Below, one piece after another: positions 26,960 through 37,800 of a DNA stretch of 54,508 nucleotides (the stretch's first letter is position 1; every line of letters begins with the position of its first letter). The DNA is from Muribaculaceae bacterium (GTDB lineage Bacteria > Bacteroidota > Bacteroidia > Bacteroidales > Muribaculaceae). The notes under the pieces were generated by a model. The model saw only the letters and a program-made list of their open reading frames with translations, did not search any database and was not told the origin of the DNA. The position numbers and the translations under genes were made by a program. The stretch covers positions 1-54,508 of the forward strand of contig JAFXGB010000015.1 in NCBI GenBank assembly GCA_017520235.1, read 5' to 3'.

Positions 26960-27931
26960 TTAGTCCATGACATGACCGGCATTTTCGGCTCGTTGTATCA
27001 TTTCATTATATTGTTGTGGTGTTAAGTCATAAAAATAGTAGTTAACCGGGTTTTGTGGAGCGCCTTTGTATCTCACCTCATAGTGAAGGTGTGGACCTGT
27101 CGATTTGCCGGTATTACCCACTTTACCTATTAGGTCGCCACGTTTCACCATCTGTCCGGTGGTAACGTTCATCTCGTTCAAGTGGGCATATCGAGTGGTG
27201 TAGTTGTAACCATGGTCAAGGACGATGAGATTGCCGTATCCCGAGTGCCATTTGGCCGATTCGACTCGAGCATCGCCTGTTGCATAGACGGGAGTGCCTC
27301 TGTCAGAGGCAAAGTCCATCCCTTCGTGGAATTTCCCTGTGCCATAAACAGGATCAACGCGATAACCGTAGCCCGATGCCATTTGACGCAAATCCAATTC
27401 TGATATAGGCATGATTGCAGGAATGTGGGCCAATCGGTCCTTTTGCTTTCCGGCAAGTTCTTTCAGCTCGTCAAATGATTTAATTTGGGTGTATATTTGG
27501 CGGTCAAGCATATCCATTTTATTGGATACGTTTTTTATCAGCTCGGCATCAGAGAGATTGTTTAAGTGTTCATATTTGTTCCCTTTTTCGAGCCCGGCAT
27601 ATCTTTGTGCATCGGAAATGCGGTCGGCCTGCATCATCACGCGATAGAAATTGTTGTCGCGATTGGCTATATCTTCCATTATTGACAGCGAGCGGTCAAG
27701 TCGTTGGTTAAGGATTTTAAGCTCGTTGACAAGCTGTTCGTTCTCTTGTTTGAGCATCTTCTCGCGAGGGAAATCTATCCAAAAATAGACAGTAACAAAC
27801 GCGAGCGCACCTATCGCAATCCCCACAATCAAGTGGCGAGCAAGCACGCGCACGCGGTTTTTCCATGAAGGATAAACTCGCTCATAGTTGTCAGTAGCCG
27901 GATTATATCGATAGAATACTTTTCTGCTCAT
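26960..27931 (-). CDS. M23 (LytM-type) peptidoglycan metalloendopeptidase with TM anchor and coiled coil
   Basis: A TM helix and a coiled-coil region, then the catalytic motifs HEGMDFA (HxxxD) and GPHLHYEV (HxH). Confidence 0.85.
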   Translation of the reverse strand: MSRKVFYRYNPATDNYERVYPSWKNRVRVLARHLIVGIAIGALAFVTVYFWIDFPREKMLKQENEQLVNELKILNQRLDRSLSIMEDIANRDNNFYRVMMQADRISDAQRYAGLEKGNKYEHLNNLSDAELIKNVSNKMDMLDRQIYTQIKSFDELKELAGKQKDRLAHIPAIMPISELDLRQMASGYGYRVDPVYGTGKFHEGMDFASDRGTPVYATGDARVESAKWHSGYGNLIVLDHGYNYTTRYAHLNEMNVTTGQMVKRGDLIGKVGNTGKSTGPHLHYEVRYKGAPQNPVNYYFYDLTPQQYNEMIQRAENAGHVMD

Positions 27932-28061
27932 CCTTGAGGGATATTAAACACACTATCTGCAAATTTCGTCATAATTTCCGTAATACCAAACAATCAGAGC
28001 ATTAAAATGCAGTGGATAATAAAGACGAATGAGTCGAAAAGAAGCAATTTTATAAAAATAC

Positions 28062-28496
28062 TTATAACTTAAAGGTAATGGGGAGTGTGTACATGAAATC
28101 GGCGTCTTTACCATTTATTTTGCCCGGAATGAACTTGTTTGGTATGGATTTAATAATACGAATGGCTTCTTGGTCAAGTTCTGGACTTTTAGAGCGTACA
28201 ACCTTAATGTCTTCGATATCACCTGTTTTAGTTATGACGAATTGAACAACAACACGACCTTGAATGTTGTCCTCCTTCGCTTTTTCAGGATATCTAAGGT
28301 TATCGTAGACATATCTCATCAATTCAGCTTCTCCACCAGGGTATTGGGGAAAGAATTCACATTCAATAAACATTCTATTGATGTCCAGAGAAGTAGTATC
28401 CTCTTTTGGCGTGGTGGCAATTTCTTTTTGCTGCTTTTGTGCACACGAAACAAAAGATAGGGCAATAAATATTGTCGCAAATAAAATTTGTTTCAT
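28062..28496 (-). CDS. TonB C-terminal-domain-only lipoprotein
   Basis: A lipoprotein signal (FIALSFVSCAQ) followed directly by a TonB_C domain (FPQYPGGEAELMRYV...NIQGRVVVQFVITKTGDIEDIKVVRS...YTLPITFKL). It is closely paralogous to the C-terminus of the TonB gene at 41430-42275. Confidence 0.75.
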   Translation of the reverse strand: MKQILFATIFIALSFVSCAQKQQKEIATTPKEDTTSLDINRMFIECEFFPQYPGGEAELMRYVYDNLRYPEKAKEDNIQGRVVVQFVITKTGDIEDIKVVRSKSPELDQEAIRIIKSIPNKFIPGKINGKDADFMYTLPITFKL

Positions 28497-28591
28497 AGGT
28501 TATTGTTTAACGTGTTTCTTTGAGATCATATTATTACTCACAAATGTAGTGATTTTATTTATAAAAAGGAATATAAACAGAAAATTTAGCT

Positions 28592-28620
28592 AAAAAAAGA
28601 GGCAGTGTTAACACCGCCTC
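28592..28620 (-). terminator. intrinsic terminator after the fumarase gene
   Basis: The minus strand reads GAGGCGGTGTTAACACTGCCTC followed by TTTTTTT. Confidence 0.8.
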
Positions 28621-28646
28621 CAATTATTTAGGATAGGAAAGTCTTA

Positions 28647-30293
28647 TTATTTGTTGAGGGCGCAGGCTTTGCATTTTTCAGATATTTCAACGAAGAAATC
28701 GTTGCCTTTGTCATCAACCAAGATGAATGCAGGGAAGTCTTCAACCTCGATTTTCCAGATGGCTTCCATGCCGAGTTCAGGATATTCGAGACATTCGATT
28801 TTCTTGATGCTATTGTAAGCCAAGATAGCTGCGGGACCACCGATGCTACCAAGGTAGAAGCCACCATGTTTGTGGCATGCGTCAGTAACTTGTTTGCTGC
28901 GGTTGCCTTTTGCGATCATCACCATTGAACCACCAGCAGCTTGGAATTGGTCAACATAAGAGTCCATGCGACCTGCAGTTGTAGGACCAAATGAGCCTGA
29001 AGGCAATCCTTCGGGAGTTTTTGCCGGTCCTGCATAGTAGATGGGGTGATCTTTGAGGTATTGTGGCATTTCCTCACCACGATCAAGACGTTCTTTAATC
29101 TTAGCGTGAGCGATATCGCGACCTACGATGATAGTACCTTTCAATGATAGACGAGTAGATACAGGATATTTGCTAAGTTCTGCAAGAATTTCTGACATAG
29201 GGCGGTTGAGGTCGATGTTAACAACTGCGCCTTCACCTGCTTTGCGGTAAGATTCTGGAATTAGTTCGCCTGGGTTGCTATCAAGTTTTTCAATCCAAAG
29301 ACCATCTTTGTTGATTTTAGCCTTAACGTTGCGGTCGGCAGAGCAAGATACGCCAAGACCAACAGGGCAAGATGCACCATGGCGAGGCAAACGAATCACG
29401 CGGATATCGTGAGCGAAATATTTACCACCGAATTGAGCTCCAAGACCGATTTTGCGAGTTTCTTCGAGAAGTTGGTTTTCGAGTTCGATGTCGCGGAATG
29501 CGTGTCCGAGTTCGTTACCTTCAGTAGGAAGATTGTCGTAATATTTTACTGATGCTTTCTTAACTGTAGCAAGGTTCATTTCTGCTGATGTACCACCAAT
29601 TACAAATGCAATGTGATAAGGAGGACAAGCTGCAGTACCCAAAGATTTCATCTTTTCAACAAGGAAAGGAATGAGAGTTTTAGGGTTGATGAGCGCTTTA
29701 GTTTCTTGATAGAGATATGTTTTGTTGGCAGAGCCACCACCTTTAGCCACGAAAAGGAATTTGTATTCGTTGCCTTCTGTTGCGTGTAGGTCGATTTGAG
29801 CAGGAAGGTTGCATCCTGTGTTCACTTCGTCATACATGTTTAGAGGCGCATTTTGAGAATAACGAAGGTTATCTTCGGTATATGTTTGATATACACCTTT
29901 AGAAAGGAATTCTTCGTCGTTGCAACCTGTGAACACGTTTTGTCCTTTATTACCGTGGATGATTGCTGTACCTGTGTCTTGACAGAATGGAAGTTGACCT
30001 TTAGCAGCAACTTCGGCATTGCGCAACATTGTCAATGCAACAAACTTGTCGTTTTCGCTTGCTTCGGGGTCATTTAGAATTTTAGCTACCAACTCGTTGT
30101 GCTCGCGACGAAGCATGAATGCGTTGTCGTGAGTAGCTTGGCGAGCAAGCACTGTGAGTGCTTCGGGATCAACAACAAGCATTTCATGACCATTCCAATT
30201 TTCTACTTTTACATAGTCAGAGGTCAAGTGATAATACTCAGTAGTGTCTTTTGACATCGGGAACATTTCCTGATATTTGAAAGGTTTTGCCAT
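28647..30293 (-). CDS. fumB: class I (Fe-S, FumA/FumB-type) fumarate hydratase
   Basis: 548 aa. It has the conserved Fe-S ligand region [10 protein letters not shown] and C-terminal-domain motifs ([31 protein letters not shown]). Confidence 0.88.
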   Translation of the reverse strand: MAKPFKYQEMFPMSKDTTEYYHLTSDYVKVENWNGHEMLVVDPEALTVLARQATHDNAFMLRREHNELVAKILNDPEASENDKFVALTMLRNAEVAAKGQLPFCQDTGTAIIHGNKGQNVFTGCNDEEFLSKGVYQTYTEDNLRYSQNAPLNMYDEVNTGCNLPAQIDLHATEGNEYKFLFVAKGGGSANKTYLYQETKALINPKTLIPFLVEKMKSLGTAACPPYHIAFVIGGTSAEMNLATVKKASVKYYDNLPTEGNELGHAFRDIELENQLLEETRKIGLGAQFGGKYFAHDIRVIRLPRHGASCPVGLGVSCSADRNVKAKINKDGLWIEKLDSNPGELIPESYRKAGEGAVVNIDLNRPMSEILAELSKYPVSTRLSLKGTIIVGRDIAHAKIKERLDRGEEMPQYLKDHPIYYAGPAKTPEGLPSGSFGPTTAGRMDSYVDQFQAAGGSMVMIAKGNRSKQVTDACHKHGGFYLGSIGGPAAILAYNSIKKIECLEYPELGMEAIWKIEVEDFPAFILVDDKGNDFFVEISEKCKACALNK

Positions 30294-30377
30294 ATGTTAT
30301 TAGTTTTAATGTTCTATCTACAAAGGTAAATCTTTTTAGCTAATAATACTATATTTTGAGGAGAAATAAAAATTTTC

Positions 30378-33300
30378 TTATTTACGCTCGGGGATAACTA
30401 TGGGCTCTGTTTCAATTTTTGTGCTGTCTATGGGGTGTATAGAATCGGCTTTTTCTAATTCGTTTGTCGTTTGCTTGGGACGTAAAAATTGGAACATCTT
30501 GTCGAAGTCTCGGCGGAATACGATACCTACACCTTGAGTTGTTGTTGCCGATTTCAAGTAATAGTTTTGATCGTTATATCGGTTGTAGGCTTTTAGTCGT
30601 ATGTTGCCGGCTCGGTTTAATAGGTATTCTATATCGAAATCACCAATAAAGGTGTTCTCGTTCATTGTTTTATCGCGATACCCAAAGTTGCCATTAAATA
30701 ATAGTCGATTGTTAAGTAGTCGGCTAGAAAGGGCAAGATCAACTTCAACATCTGAGAAATCCCCTTTGTCGCTTCGGAAGTTGGGAGAAATGCTCCAATT
30801 ATCACTCAATTCGCCTAACATACTGCTTAGTTGAGATGAAATAGTCGATGATGCAACTGATGCGAGTTCATTCCCTTTAGTGGTTGAACTCATATATTCG
30901 GGTGTGTAGAACCGATTTAGCGCAAGCAGATAGATGATTTGGCGGTTCATCATGTCTTTAGTGCTGATGATACTATTAACCTTATTCTCAACGTTATTGT
31001 TGGTCATAGATGGGAAACGTAGTTTGAAATCAATGTTGGGTTGTCGCATGTCTCCATTTACTAAAATAATGGCATGAACAGGAACATTTGTGCGTGTGAG
31101 ATCTTTGTCTTGTGCAAACGATTCGTCAAGGTCGGTGAGGTTGGCGTTTAATGCATAGGCTGCCTCTACATCTAATATTGCAGCATAAGGATCTCCATTA
31201 AATGTAATAGATGATGTATTGTTAATAATAAATTCTTTGACAATAATATCTTGAAGAGTAAAGTTATATTTACCTTCTTCAATCATATATCTTCCGGATA
31301 GGAATATGTCATTTTCGTTGTCGGAGTCATATATCAAGTGTAATTCTCCATCGCCTCTCGCTTTTATGCGGTCTCCACCAATTGGGTCCATTACGAGTAT
31401 CATTTCGGCTTCGGGTGTCGCATCAACTTGAATATCTAAGGTGTATTTTGTTGTTGAGGTTGATTGCTTTTGTGCTTGCGCAATGCGTTCTTCCAATTCT
31501 TTAACCTTAATTAAGGTGCTGTCAACGGATTCAATGTTATTGCCGTTTAATTTGTCTTTATCGCGGAATGTGATAAAAGTGTACTCGTTAGCTTCGAGTT
31601 GGTCCGATAGAACAAATGTAAATGTTGACTTAGGCGCAGTGGCCATATCGACCGTAATGTTAACCTCTCCCGGTTTCCCTTTTACTGATGCTTCGCCGTT
31701 ACCGAAAATACGCCCATGCCAAATGGGGTTACGCTCGGGCGTTTCATCATAGCTGAGGAAATTATGAGCCTTCGTAATGTTAAACTCAAATTCGGGGCGT
31801 TTGAAGCATGTGTGCTTGAGGTAGCCTCCGAGTAGCGCGTTGTTGCCGTAGGCATCAGTAAGTTCCACATCTTTAAATCCGATATATCCTGGTTTGAGGT
31901 GAACAGAGTCTGTTGCGGTATAGTAGGTGTTTGTGAAATCAATCTTCAACTTGAGGTCTTCGGCATAAATATCACCTGTCATGTCAATTGTCTTGAATTT
32001 ACCCCACAATCGAGCATTACCTGATGCATATCCGCTGACTTCTTTGGCAAATGCCGACATGAATGGTAACATGAACCCCACATTAATCTTTTGAGTCTTG
32101 AATTTCAAATCAAGAGAGTCGTTCATGGGGAATATTGCTCCATTAATATAAGATTTGCAACCATTGGATTGGCTGATATCGGCATTAATTGCTACGCCTT
32201 TTTCTTCGGCATCCCAATGACTTTCTATGATGGCATTCCCGAGTACGGAATAGTTATAGCTTAATTGGTCAACCTTAAGCCCAGGTGTGCTAAGGCGAGG
32301 CTCTTTGCTAAAGAGGTTTGATGCGTAAAAAGTTCCTGTTGCATTGCCTCCAAATGCGACATTGTTGATGGCAAGTGTTTCAAAGATGTAATCGAGATTG
32401 ACATCTAATAGTTGAAGGCATATTTCGTCATCGGGATTTTCTGATGCTTTACCATTTATTTTGATATATTGGTTGTCGCGATAAGCATCAAATCCACTGA
32501 CTGTTATATCTTTGTTATTGACAACAATGTGAGCCGGACTTATGGTCCATGCTGTATCGTTAAATACAAGTTTGCTCGGGTGGATATTGATGTTGGAGAA
32601 TAGGGTGTTGTCTTCATTGCGTTGGAACAAAGAGGAGAACATGATATTTCCATTAAATGCTCTGGTATTGTTGATGTCCCAATCTATTTTGGTGTCAATA
32701 CGATCGTTCACGCCATTGCATTTTAGATTAACTAATGTTTCTCCTTTTTTTGAAGGCATTTTTGTTGTAGCAAAGAGTTGGCACATGTCTTTGTCCTTGT
32801 CAATGTTGACCGATAAACGAGTGTCTTTTATGAGTTTGTTCTTTTGTTGTAAATAGGGAACATCGATGATTAAATTCATTTTGTGAGCCAGATGATTCAT
32901 GTCGCCGGTGATTTTTATCGGGTGAATGAGTCGTACCGGAGCATTAATTAAATCAAGGATTTCGTTATTGTCTTTTATCGTAAAATTAAAGTTGAAATCA
33001 TTTAGACTTTTTTTCTCTTTCTCATAGGACATTGTTTCAATACATTCGGCTGAAATGAGCGAGGGGAGATAGTGCGAAACAATGTCTTTTGCAGAGTGGA
33101 CTAATGACGTGAAATCGTAGCTACCCTCTACCTCTCCATCAACGATATCAGAGTTAAGTGAAATGTATTGAGGAGTATTTTGATTGTTTAATTCGATATT
33201 AATGTTGTCTATTTCTATCCCGTCTTGTGATGGAGAAATGAATTTTAAACTATTGACAGAAAGGTTTGCTATCGCGTCGTTAAAACTTGTGCCGTTATAT

Positions 33301-34964
33301 TCGGCATGAGCTGTAGCCGATAGATGATATTCCGGGTATTTGTCAATTAGATTTAGATTGTATAAAGCAATGTCGTTAGCTTCGATGTGAAGGTCAAATA
33401 TTGGCGCTTTCTCGTTAAGCAATGCTTCGCCGGCGATGACCATATCAATGTTGTTGTCATTAATAATGAGCGAGCCGTTGACTTTTTTGTTCTCAAGATC
33501 AAATAGTGTTTTAATCCCTTGATAGGTGTAGCTCTTAAATTGGAAATGAGATATGTCTCCTAAGAAATATCCATTGATTTTAGACTTAGCAATAGATGCA
33601 TTGAATTCAGTGTTTACTCCAATGTTGCCTAATAACTTATTGTTTATGAGTTGACCTATGTTGAAATTTTCGGTTGAAACTTTTCCTGATAATTTTATAG
33701 GAGAATTATTATGGTCTTTGTTATAAGTGATGTCTATTTTTGCATTACCTGGAGAAGTGGAAATGAGACCATTTAATAATGCTTTTTTGAGGTTGCCTTT
33801 GGCGGTAATGTTTATTGCTGTTTTGCCTAAATTAGATATCGTTTGTTTGTCTTTAGCTGAAATGTTTTTGAAATTAGCGACAATAGTAGCAATATCCTGT
33901 CCATATCCATGGAGGTTGATGCGTGGGAAATCTATTGTTAGGTTTTCTTTGTTTGTGATATTTTGTATTTTACCACGACACAAAAGCCACATTTTGTCAT
34001 TATCAATAGAAATGTCAAGTTTTTTCAGTTGGATGTCGTCAACTTTTCCTGATGCAAATAGCTCGAGGTCTATTTTATTATCGATTTTTTCTAATTTCGG
34101 GAGTAGCCCTTTTAAGTCGGAAGGAGTAACGTAGCTACCGGGGATGATTGATAGATTTAGCGGAATAGAGCGATAATTTTGTTTTAAATCATTCCAATCG
34201 GTGTAATTTACTGCAATATCAGATAGATATATTTCAGAGTTAGGCATGAGTAATTCTAACCCTTTGATTGATGTTTCGTAAGATGAAATGTGGAAGAATC
34301 CTTTAAGAGAACTTAATTCAAGACCGGATCTCTCTTTTAAGGCAAAACGTTTTATGTCAATGGTGAAATCGTCGTTCTTGATGCATGGGAGCTGTAAATC
34401 AGCGTTAAATTCATATATATGCAGATGATTAGGATCTAATTTTGAGTTATCCTTTTCAGTTGTAATAATGTCATATTTTAATTGTGTGTTTCTTATTACT
34501 ACTGTATTGATTTTTAGATTAAAAAGCGTCTTAGGTTTATCTTTTTCTTTAGGCTTTAAAGCATCAATAATCGGTTGTATATTGAAAGGGGCGTCGGGCG
34601 TTTCTTTTGAGATGCGTACATCGAGTCCGATGAGCTCAGTGTAATTAATCTCAATGTTTTGATTGTTAATAAGTTCGCGTAGATTTATGCCTGCACCAAG
34701 TCGCTTGATGTAGGCGGCAGTATCGCCTTTGGCATCTTCAATAACTATATTTCGGAGTGTTACACGGTTGAATGGAGTGAATATTACTGAGCCTATCTTT
34801 ACATTGGTGTTCAGCAGTTTATGTAGCTCTCTTTCTCCTATTTCTTTAACCTTATTTTGGACGGGAGGTAGAGTCATGACTACATATAAAGTCGTTGGGA
34901 TTAGTATCATTAATGTTAATAATGACACTAATATTGCTCGAAATATTTTATAACTACACTTCAT
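30378..34964 (-). CDS. tamB: TamB / AsmA-like translocation and assembly module protein (DUF490 C-terminus)
   Basis: About 1530 aa with a single N-terminal TM anchor (ILVSLLTLMILIPTTLYVV) and long beta-rich repeats. The C-terminus is DUF490-like (RLLFNGNFGYRD...GVGIVFRRDF). I prefer the ATG at 34964. The track start at 35060 adds 32 poorly protein-like residues and nearly abuts the divergent gene. Confidence 0.78.
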   Translation of the reverse strand: MKCSYKIFRAILVSLLTLMILIPTTLYVVMTLPPVQNKVKEIGERELHKLLNTNVKIGSVIFTPFNRVTLRNIVIEDAKGDTAAYIKRLGAGINLRELINNQNIEINYTELIGLDVRISKETPDAPFNIQPIIDALKPKEKDKPKTLFNLKINTVVIRNTQLKYDIITTEKDNSKLDPNHLHIYEFNADLQLPCIKNDDFTIDIKRFALKERSGLELSSLKGFFHISSYETSIKGLELLMPNSEIYLSDIAVNYTDWNDLKQNYRSIPLNLSIIPGSYVTPSDLKGLLPKLEKIDNKIDLELFASGKVDDIQLKKLDISIDNDKMWLLCRGKIQNITNKENLTIDFPRINLHGYGQDIATIVANFKNISAKDKQTISNLGKTAINITAKGNLKKALLNGLISTSPGNAKIDITYNKDHNNSPIKLSGKVSTENFNIGQLINNKLLGNIGVNTEFNASIAKSKINGYFLGDISHFQFKSYTYQGIKTLFDLENKKVNGSLIINDNNIDMVIAGEALLNEKAPIFDLHIEANDIALYNLNLIDKYPEYHLSATAHAEYNGTSFNDAIANLSVNSLKFISPSQDGIEIDNINIELNNQNTPQYISLNSDIVDGEVEGSYDFTSLVHSAKDIVSHYLPSLISAECIETMSYEKEKKSLNDFNFNFTIKDNNEILDLINAPVRLIHPIKITGDMNHLAHKMNLIIDVPYLQQKNKLIKDTRLSVNIDKDKDMCQLFATTKMPSKKGETLVNLKCNGVNDRIDTKIDWDINNTRAFNGNIMFSSLFQRNEDNTLFSNINIHPSKLVFNDTAWTISPAHIVVNNKDITVSGFDAYRDNQYIKINGKASENPDDEICLQLLDVNLDYIFETLAINNVAFGGNATGTFYASNLFSKEPRLSTPGLKVDQLSYNYSVLGNAIIESHWDAEEKGVAINADISQSNGCKSYINGAIFPMNDSLDLKFKTQKINVGFMLPFMSAFAKEVSGYASGNARLWGKFKTIDMTGDIYAEDLKLKIDFTNTYYTATDSVHLKPGYIGFKDVELTDAYGNNALLGGYLKHTCFKRPEFEFNITKAHNFLSYDETPERNPIWHGRIFGNGEASVKGKPGEVNITVDMATAPKSTFTFVLSDQLEANEYTFITFRDKDKLNGNNIESVDSTLIKVKELEERIAQAQKQSTSTTKYTLDIQVDATPEAEMILVMDPIGGDRIKARGDGELHLIYDSDNENDIFLSGRYMIEEGKYNFTLQDIIVKEFIINNTSSITFNGDPYAAILDVEAAYALNANLTDLDESFAQDKDLTRTNVPVHAIILVNGDMRQPNIDFKLRFPSMTNNNVENKVNSIISTKDMMNRQIIYLLALNRFYTPEYMSSTTKGNELASVASSTISSQLSSMLGELSDNWSISPNFRSDKGDFSDVEVDLALSSRLLNNRLLFNGNFGYRDKTMNENTFIGDFDIEYLLNRAGNIRLKAYNRYNDQNYYLKSATTTQGVGIVFRRDFDKMFQFLRPKQTTNELEKADSIHPIDSTKIETEPIVIPERK

Positions 34965-35115
34965 CGTTAAATTCCAAACTACAAAGATACGCTTTTTTGG
35001 TACATATCTACAATCTATAGTGCATAATAAAAAGAAAAATATTAATTGTGTCAGAAACAAAAAACTGATATAGTTGTTCTATAATGTAGTGATTAATGAC
35101 AAAGATAGTAGTACT

Positions 35116-36183
35116 ATGAAAAAGAAAATTTTAATGGGAGCAATGGCAATTTGTTATGGAGCGATGCACGCTGTTGCATGCACAGGTCTTTCTTTGACGG
35201 CAAAGGATGGCTCATATGTTCAAGCTCGCACTATTGAGGCGGCAGCAGGAGCTTTAAAAAGTGAGTATGTAATAATTCCGCGAGGGGAGAGGATAACATC
35301 ATTTACACCATCGGGGGTGAATGGATTGACATTTACTGCCCGGCATGGAGTGGTGGGGATGTCGGTCGTGATGAAAGAGTTTATTTGTGAAGGGATTAAT
35401 GAAACCGGATTGTCGGCGGGGTTGTTCTTTTTTCCTCACTATGGAAGCTATCAAAGTTATGATGAGTCAATGAATGGCGTTTCGCTTGGCGATTTACAGG
35501 TGCCGACATGGATTTTAACGCAATTTGCTACAATAGATGAGGTTAAAGAAGGTATTAAGAATGTGCGAGTAGTGGGGCTTGATGCTGCTTCTGTTGTCCA
35601 TTATCGCATAGGTGAACCTTCAGGGCGTCAAGTGGTACTTGAAATTGTTGATGGAATACCTCATTTTTATGAAAATACCGTTGGCGTATTAACTAATTCT
35701 CCGGGGTTTGAGTGGCACTTGACCAATCTAAATAACTATGTAAATTTGTTCCCCGGTAGTGCACCCGACCAAAAAATGGGAAACATTACACTAACTCCGA
35801 TTGGTGGAAATTCGGGATTTCTTGGATTGCCAGGTGATGCCACTCCTCCATCACGATTTGTGCGCATTGCATTTTATCGAGCAACAGCGCCACAACTTGC
35901 ATCAGCTTTTCCTACTGTGTTGCAATGTTTTCATATATTAAATAATTTTGATATCCCCATTGGTATTGAACATTCTCTTGGTGAAGCCCCTGATATTCCA
36001 AGTGCAACCCAATGGACGTCGGCAATAGATTTGACGCATCGTAAAGTATATTTTAAAACATCATATAACAATTCAATACGTTGTATTGACCTTGCTGCAA
36101 TTGATTTTGGAAAGGTCAAATATCAATCTCATTTGATGGATCAGGAAAAAGAACAGCCTATTGAATACATAATAATTAAATAA
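35116..36183 (+). CDS. choloylglycine hydrolase family Ntn-hydrolase (bile salt hydrolase / penicillin V acylase-like)
   Basis: A signal peptide ending in ...AVA, then CTGLSLTAKDGSYVQARTIE (N-terminal nucleophile Cys). Further on are NETGLSAG and LTNSP, then PGD..PPSRF. The start is taken at MKKKIL (35116) rather than 35074. Confidence 0.78.
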   Translation: MKKKILMGAMAICYGAMHAVACTGLSLTAKDGSYVQARTIEAAAGALKSEYVIIPRGERITSFTPSGVNGLTFTARHGVVGMSVVMKEFICEGINETGLSAGLFFFPHYGSYQSYDESMNGVSLGDLQVPTWILTQFATIDEVKEGIKNVRVVGLDAASVVHYRIGEPSGRQVVLEIVDGIPHFYENTVGVLTNSPGFEWHLTNLNNYVNLFPGSAPDQKMGNITLTPIGGNSGFLGLPGDATPPSRFVRIAFYRATAPQLASAFPTVLQCFHILNNFDIPIGIEHSLGEAPDIPSATQWTSAIDLTHRKVYFKTSYNNSIRCIDLAAIDFGKVKYQSHLMDQEKEQPIEYIIIK

Positions 36184-36209
36184 AAGTGTTCTTGATGGGA
36201 AATGAAGTT

Positions 36210-36241
36210 AATCCCTTGTCGGTAATGACGAGGGATTTTTT
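36210..36241 (+). terminator. intrinsic terminator
   Basis: Stem AATCCCT ... AGGGATT followed by TTTTTT. Confidence 0.6.
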
Positions 36242-36310
36242 GCTATAAATATTTTTATTAAATTTGCATAAACAATAAATGGTTTGAAGTAAAAACAAAT
36301 ATATATTACC

Positions 36311-37798
36311 ATGATAAAAGTGCGAATAAAGAGTTTGCTATGTGCCATTTTATTGATGGCAAGTGTTTGTGCGGTAGCTACTACTAAGATACAGCGTGTG
36401 GCTCCGACATCGGTGGGAATTGATCCGCAACAATTGACTCTGCTTTATGATTCATTGTTGACAAGTGAACTGACTGAGTTGCACCATTTAATAGTAATGG
36501 TGGATGGAAAAATCGTAGGAGAACTGCATCCGGCGCCATTTAAAACAGAACATAGACACACGCTATATTCTGTATCAAAAACATTTGTTGCCGTAGCTGT
36601 TGGTTTGGTCGTCGATGACGGACTGTTGTCGGTTGATGATAAATTGTCAAAGTTTTTCCCTGAATATGCGTCAACGATAGAGGGTGTACGCATTAAAGAT
36701 GTATTAACAATGCGTTCCGGATTTAAAACCGAAGGAGGAATGCGCAATAAGCAGCAAGATTGGGTTGATTATTACCTATCTCGTCCGCTTTATGCTGAGC
36801 CGGGGACTCGCTATTCCTATGACTCGATAGAAACCTATCTTTTGTCGGCAGTAGTGCAGAAAATTACAGGGAAAACAGTCCTTGAATTGTTGAATGAGAG
36901 GGTGTTTCTGCCAATGGGTATAACTGATGTAGAGTGGGAATTATGTCCCAAAGGAATTGTAACCGGAGGGTGGGGGATATATATGTCAGCTCATTCTCAA
37001 GCACTTTTCGGGCAATTGTTGCTACAAAAAGGCGAGTGGAACGGAATTCAACTCGTTTCAGAAAAATGGATTGATGAAATGATGACTGTTTATGTTGTGC
37101 GTGATGCCAATGACTATGGCTATCAAATATGGCTTTGCGAATATCCTGGAGCATGGCGTGCAGATGGCGCATTTGGTCAATATATTATCGTTATACCTCA
37201 AAAAAATATGGTGGTCGTTCTAAATCAATGTTCGCGTAGTAAAGGTTGGCCTGAAAGAGGAAATATATGGAATACAGTAGTAAAAAATTGTTTGAATTGC
37301 CCCATTGAAGCTACTCCAGCCGGATTGGATGCATTGTATAAATATGAAGAAACGGCGTCTTTGCCATTATTGAAGGGTGATAATTATAATGATTTGGAGA
37401 AAAAATATAATGGCAAAACTTTTAAATTGCCGAAGAATAAATTGGGATGGAAATCAATCAAATTTAATTTCTCTGATAATTGTTTTGCTCTTGATGTCAT
37501 TGATGCTGAGAATAAGAAATCAACAATATCAATGGGCTATGATGAATGGATAGAATCGCAACTCGCAGGTTATCCCCATTATTCAATAGGCGCACAAAAT
37601 CGTTTTAGCGGTATAACCGGACCATTCTATACTGGTGCTTGTTATGCATGGCAAAACGACAATTCATTACAAGCTAAAGTACATTATACCAATTGGGTTA
37701 CATCAATATTATTGACATTTGATTTTTCTGGCAAAACTCCGGAGATAACTGTTTCTGAAAATTTCCCATCAAAACCATTTACAATCATGACTGAATAA
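36311..37798 (+). CDS. beta-lactamase-fold serine hydrolase (class C / PBP4*-like) with an extra C-terminal domain
   Basis: A signal peptide, an SxxK motif (YSVSKTF), YSY further on, and a C-terminal extension of about 170 aa. A TAAATTTG -7 box lies at 36259-36266. Confidence 0.7.
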   Translation: MIKVRIKSLLCAILLMASVCAVATTKIQRVAPTSVGIDPQQLTLLYDSLLTSELTELHHLIVMVDGKIVGELHPAPFKTEHRHTLYSVSKTFVAVAVGLVVDDGLLSVDDKLSKFFPEYASTIEGVRIKDVLTMRSGFKTEGGMRNKQQDWVDYYLSRPLYAEPGTRYSYDSIETYLLSAVVQKITGKTVLELLNERVFLPMGITDVEWELCPKGIVTGGWGIYMSAHSQALFGQLLLQKGEWNGIQLVSEKWIDEMMTVYVVRDANDYGYQIWLCEYPGAWRADGAFGQYIIVIPQKNMVVVLNQCSRSKGWPERGNIWNTVVKNCLNCPIEATPAGLDALYKYEETASLPLLKGDNYNDLEKKYNGKTFKLPKNKLGWKSIKFNFSDNCFALDVIDAENKKSTISMGYDEWIESQLAGYPHYSIGAQNRFSGITGPFYTGACYAWQNDNSLQAKVHYTNWVTSILLTFDFSGKTPEITVSENFPSKPFTIMTE

Positions 37799-37800
37799 AT

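Noticed and set aside
34965-35115. N-terminal extensions in the ORF track for tamB (to 35060), the BSH-like gene (from 35074), the MerR gene (to 26982), tonB (from 41394) and the small ORF before dxs (from 42352, TTG)
   Set aside because: The extensions are not protein-like or overlap neighbouring genes or promoter boxes. Internal ATGs give canonical signal peptides, TM anchors or an HTH N-terminus.
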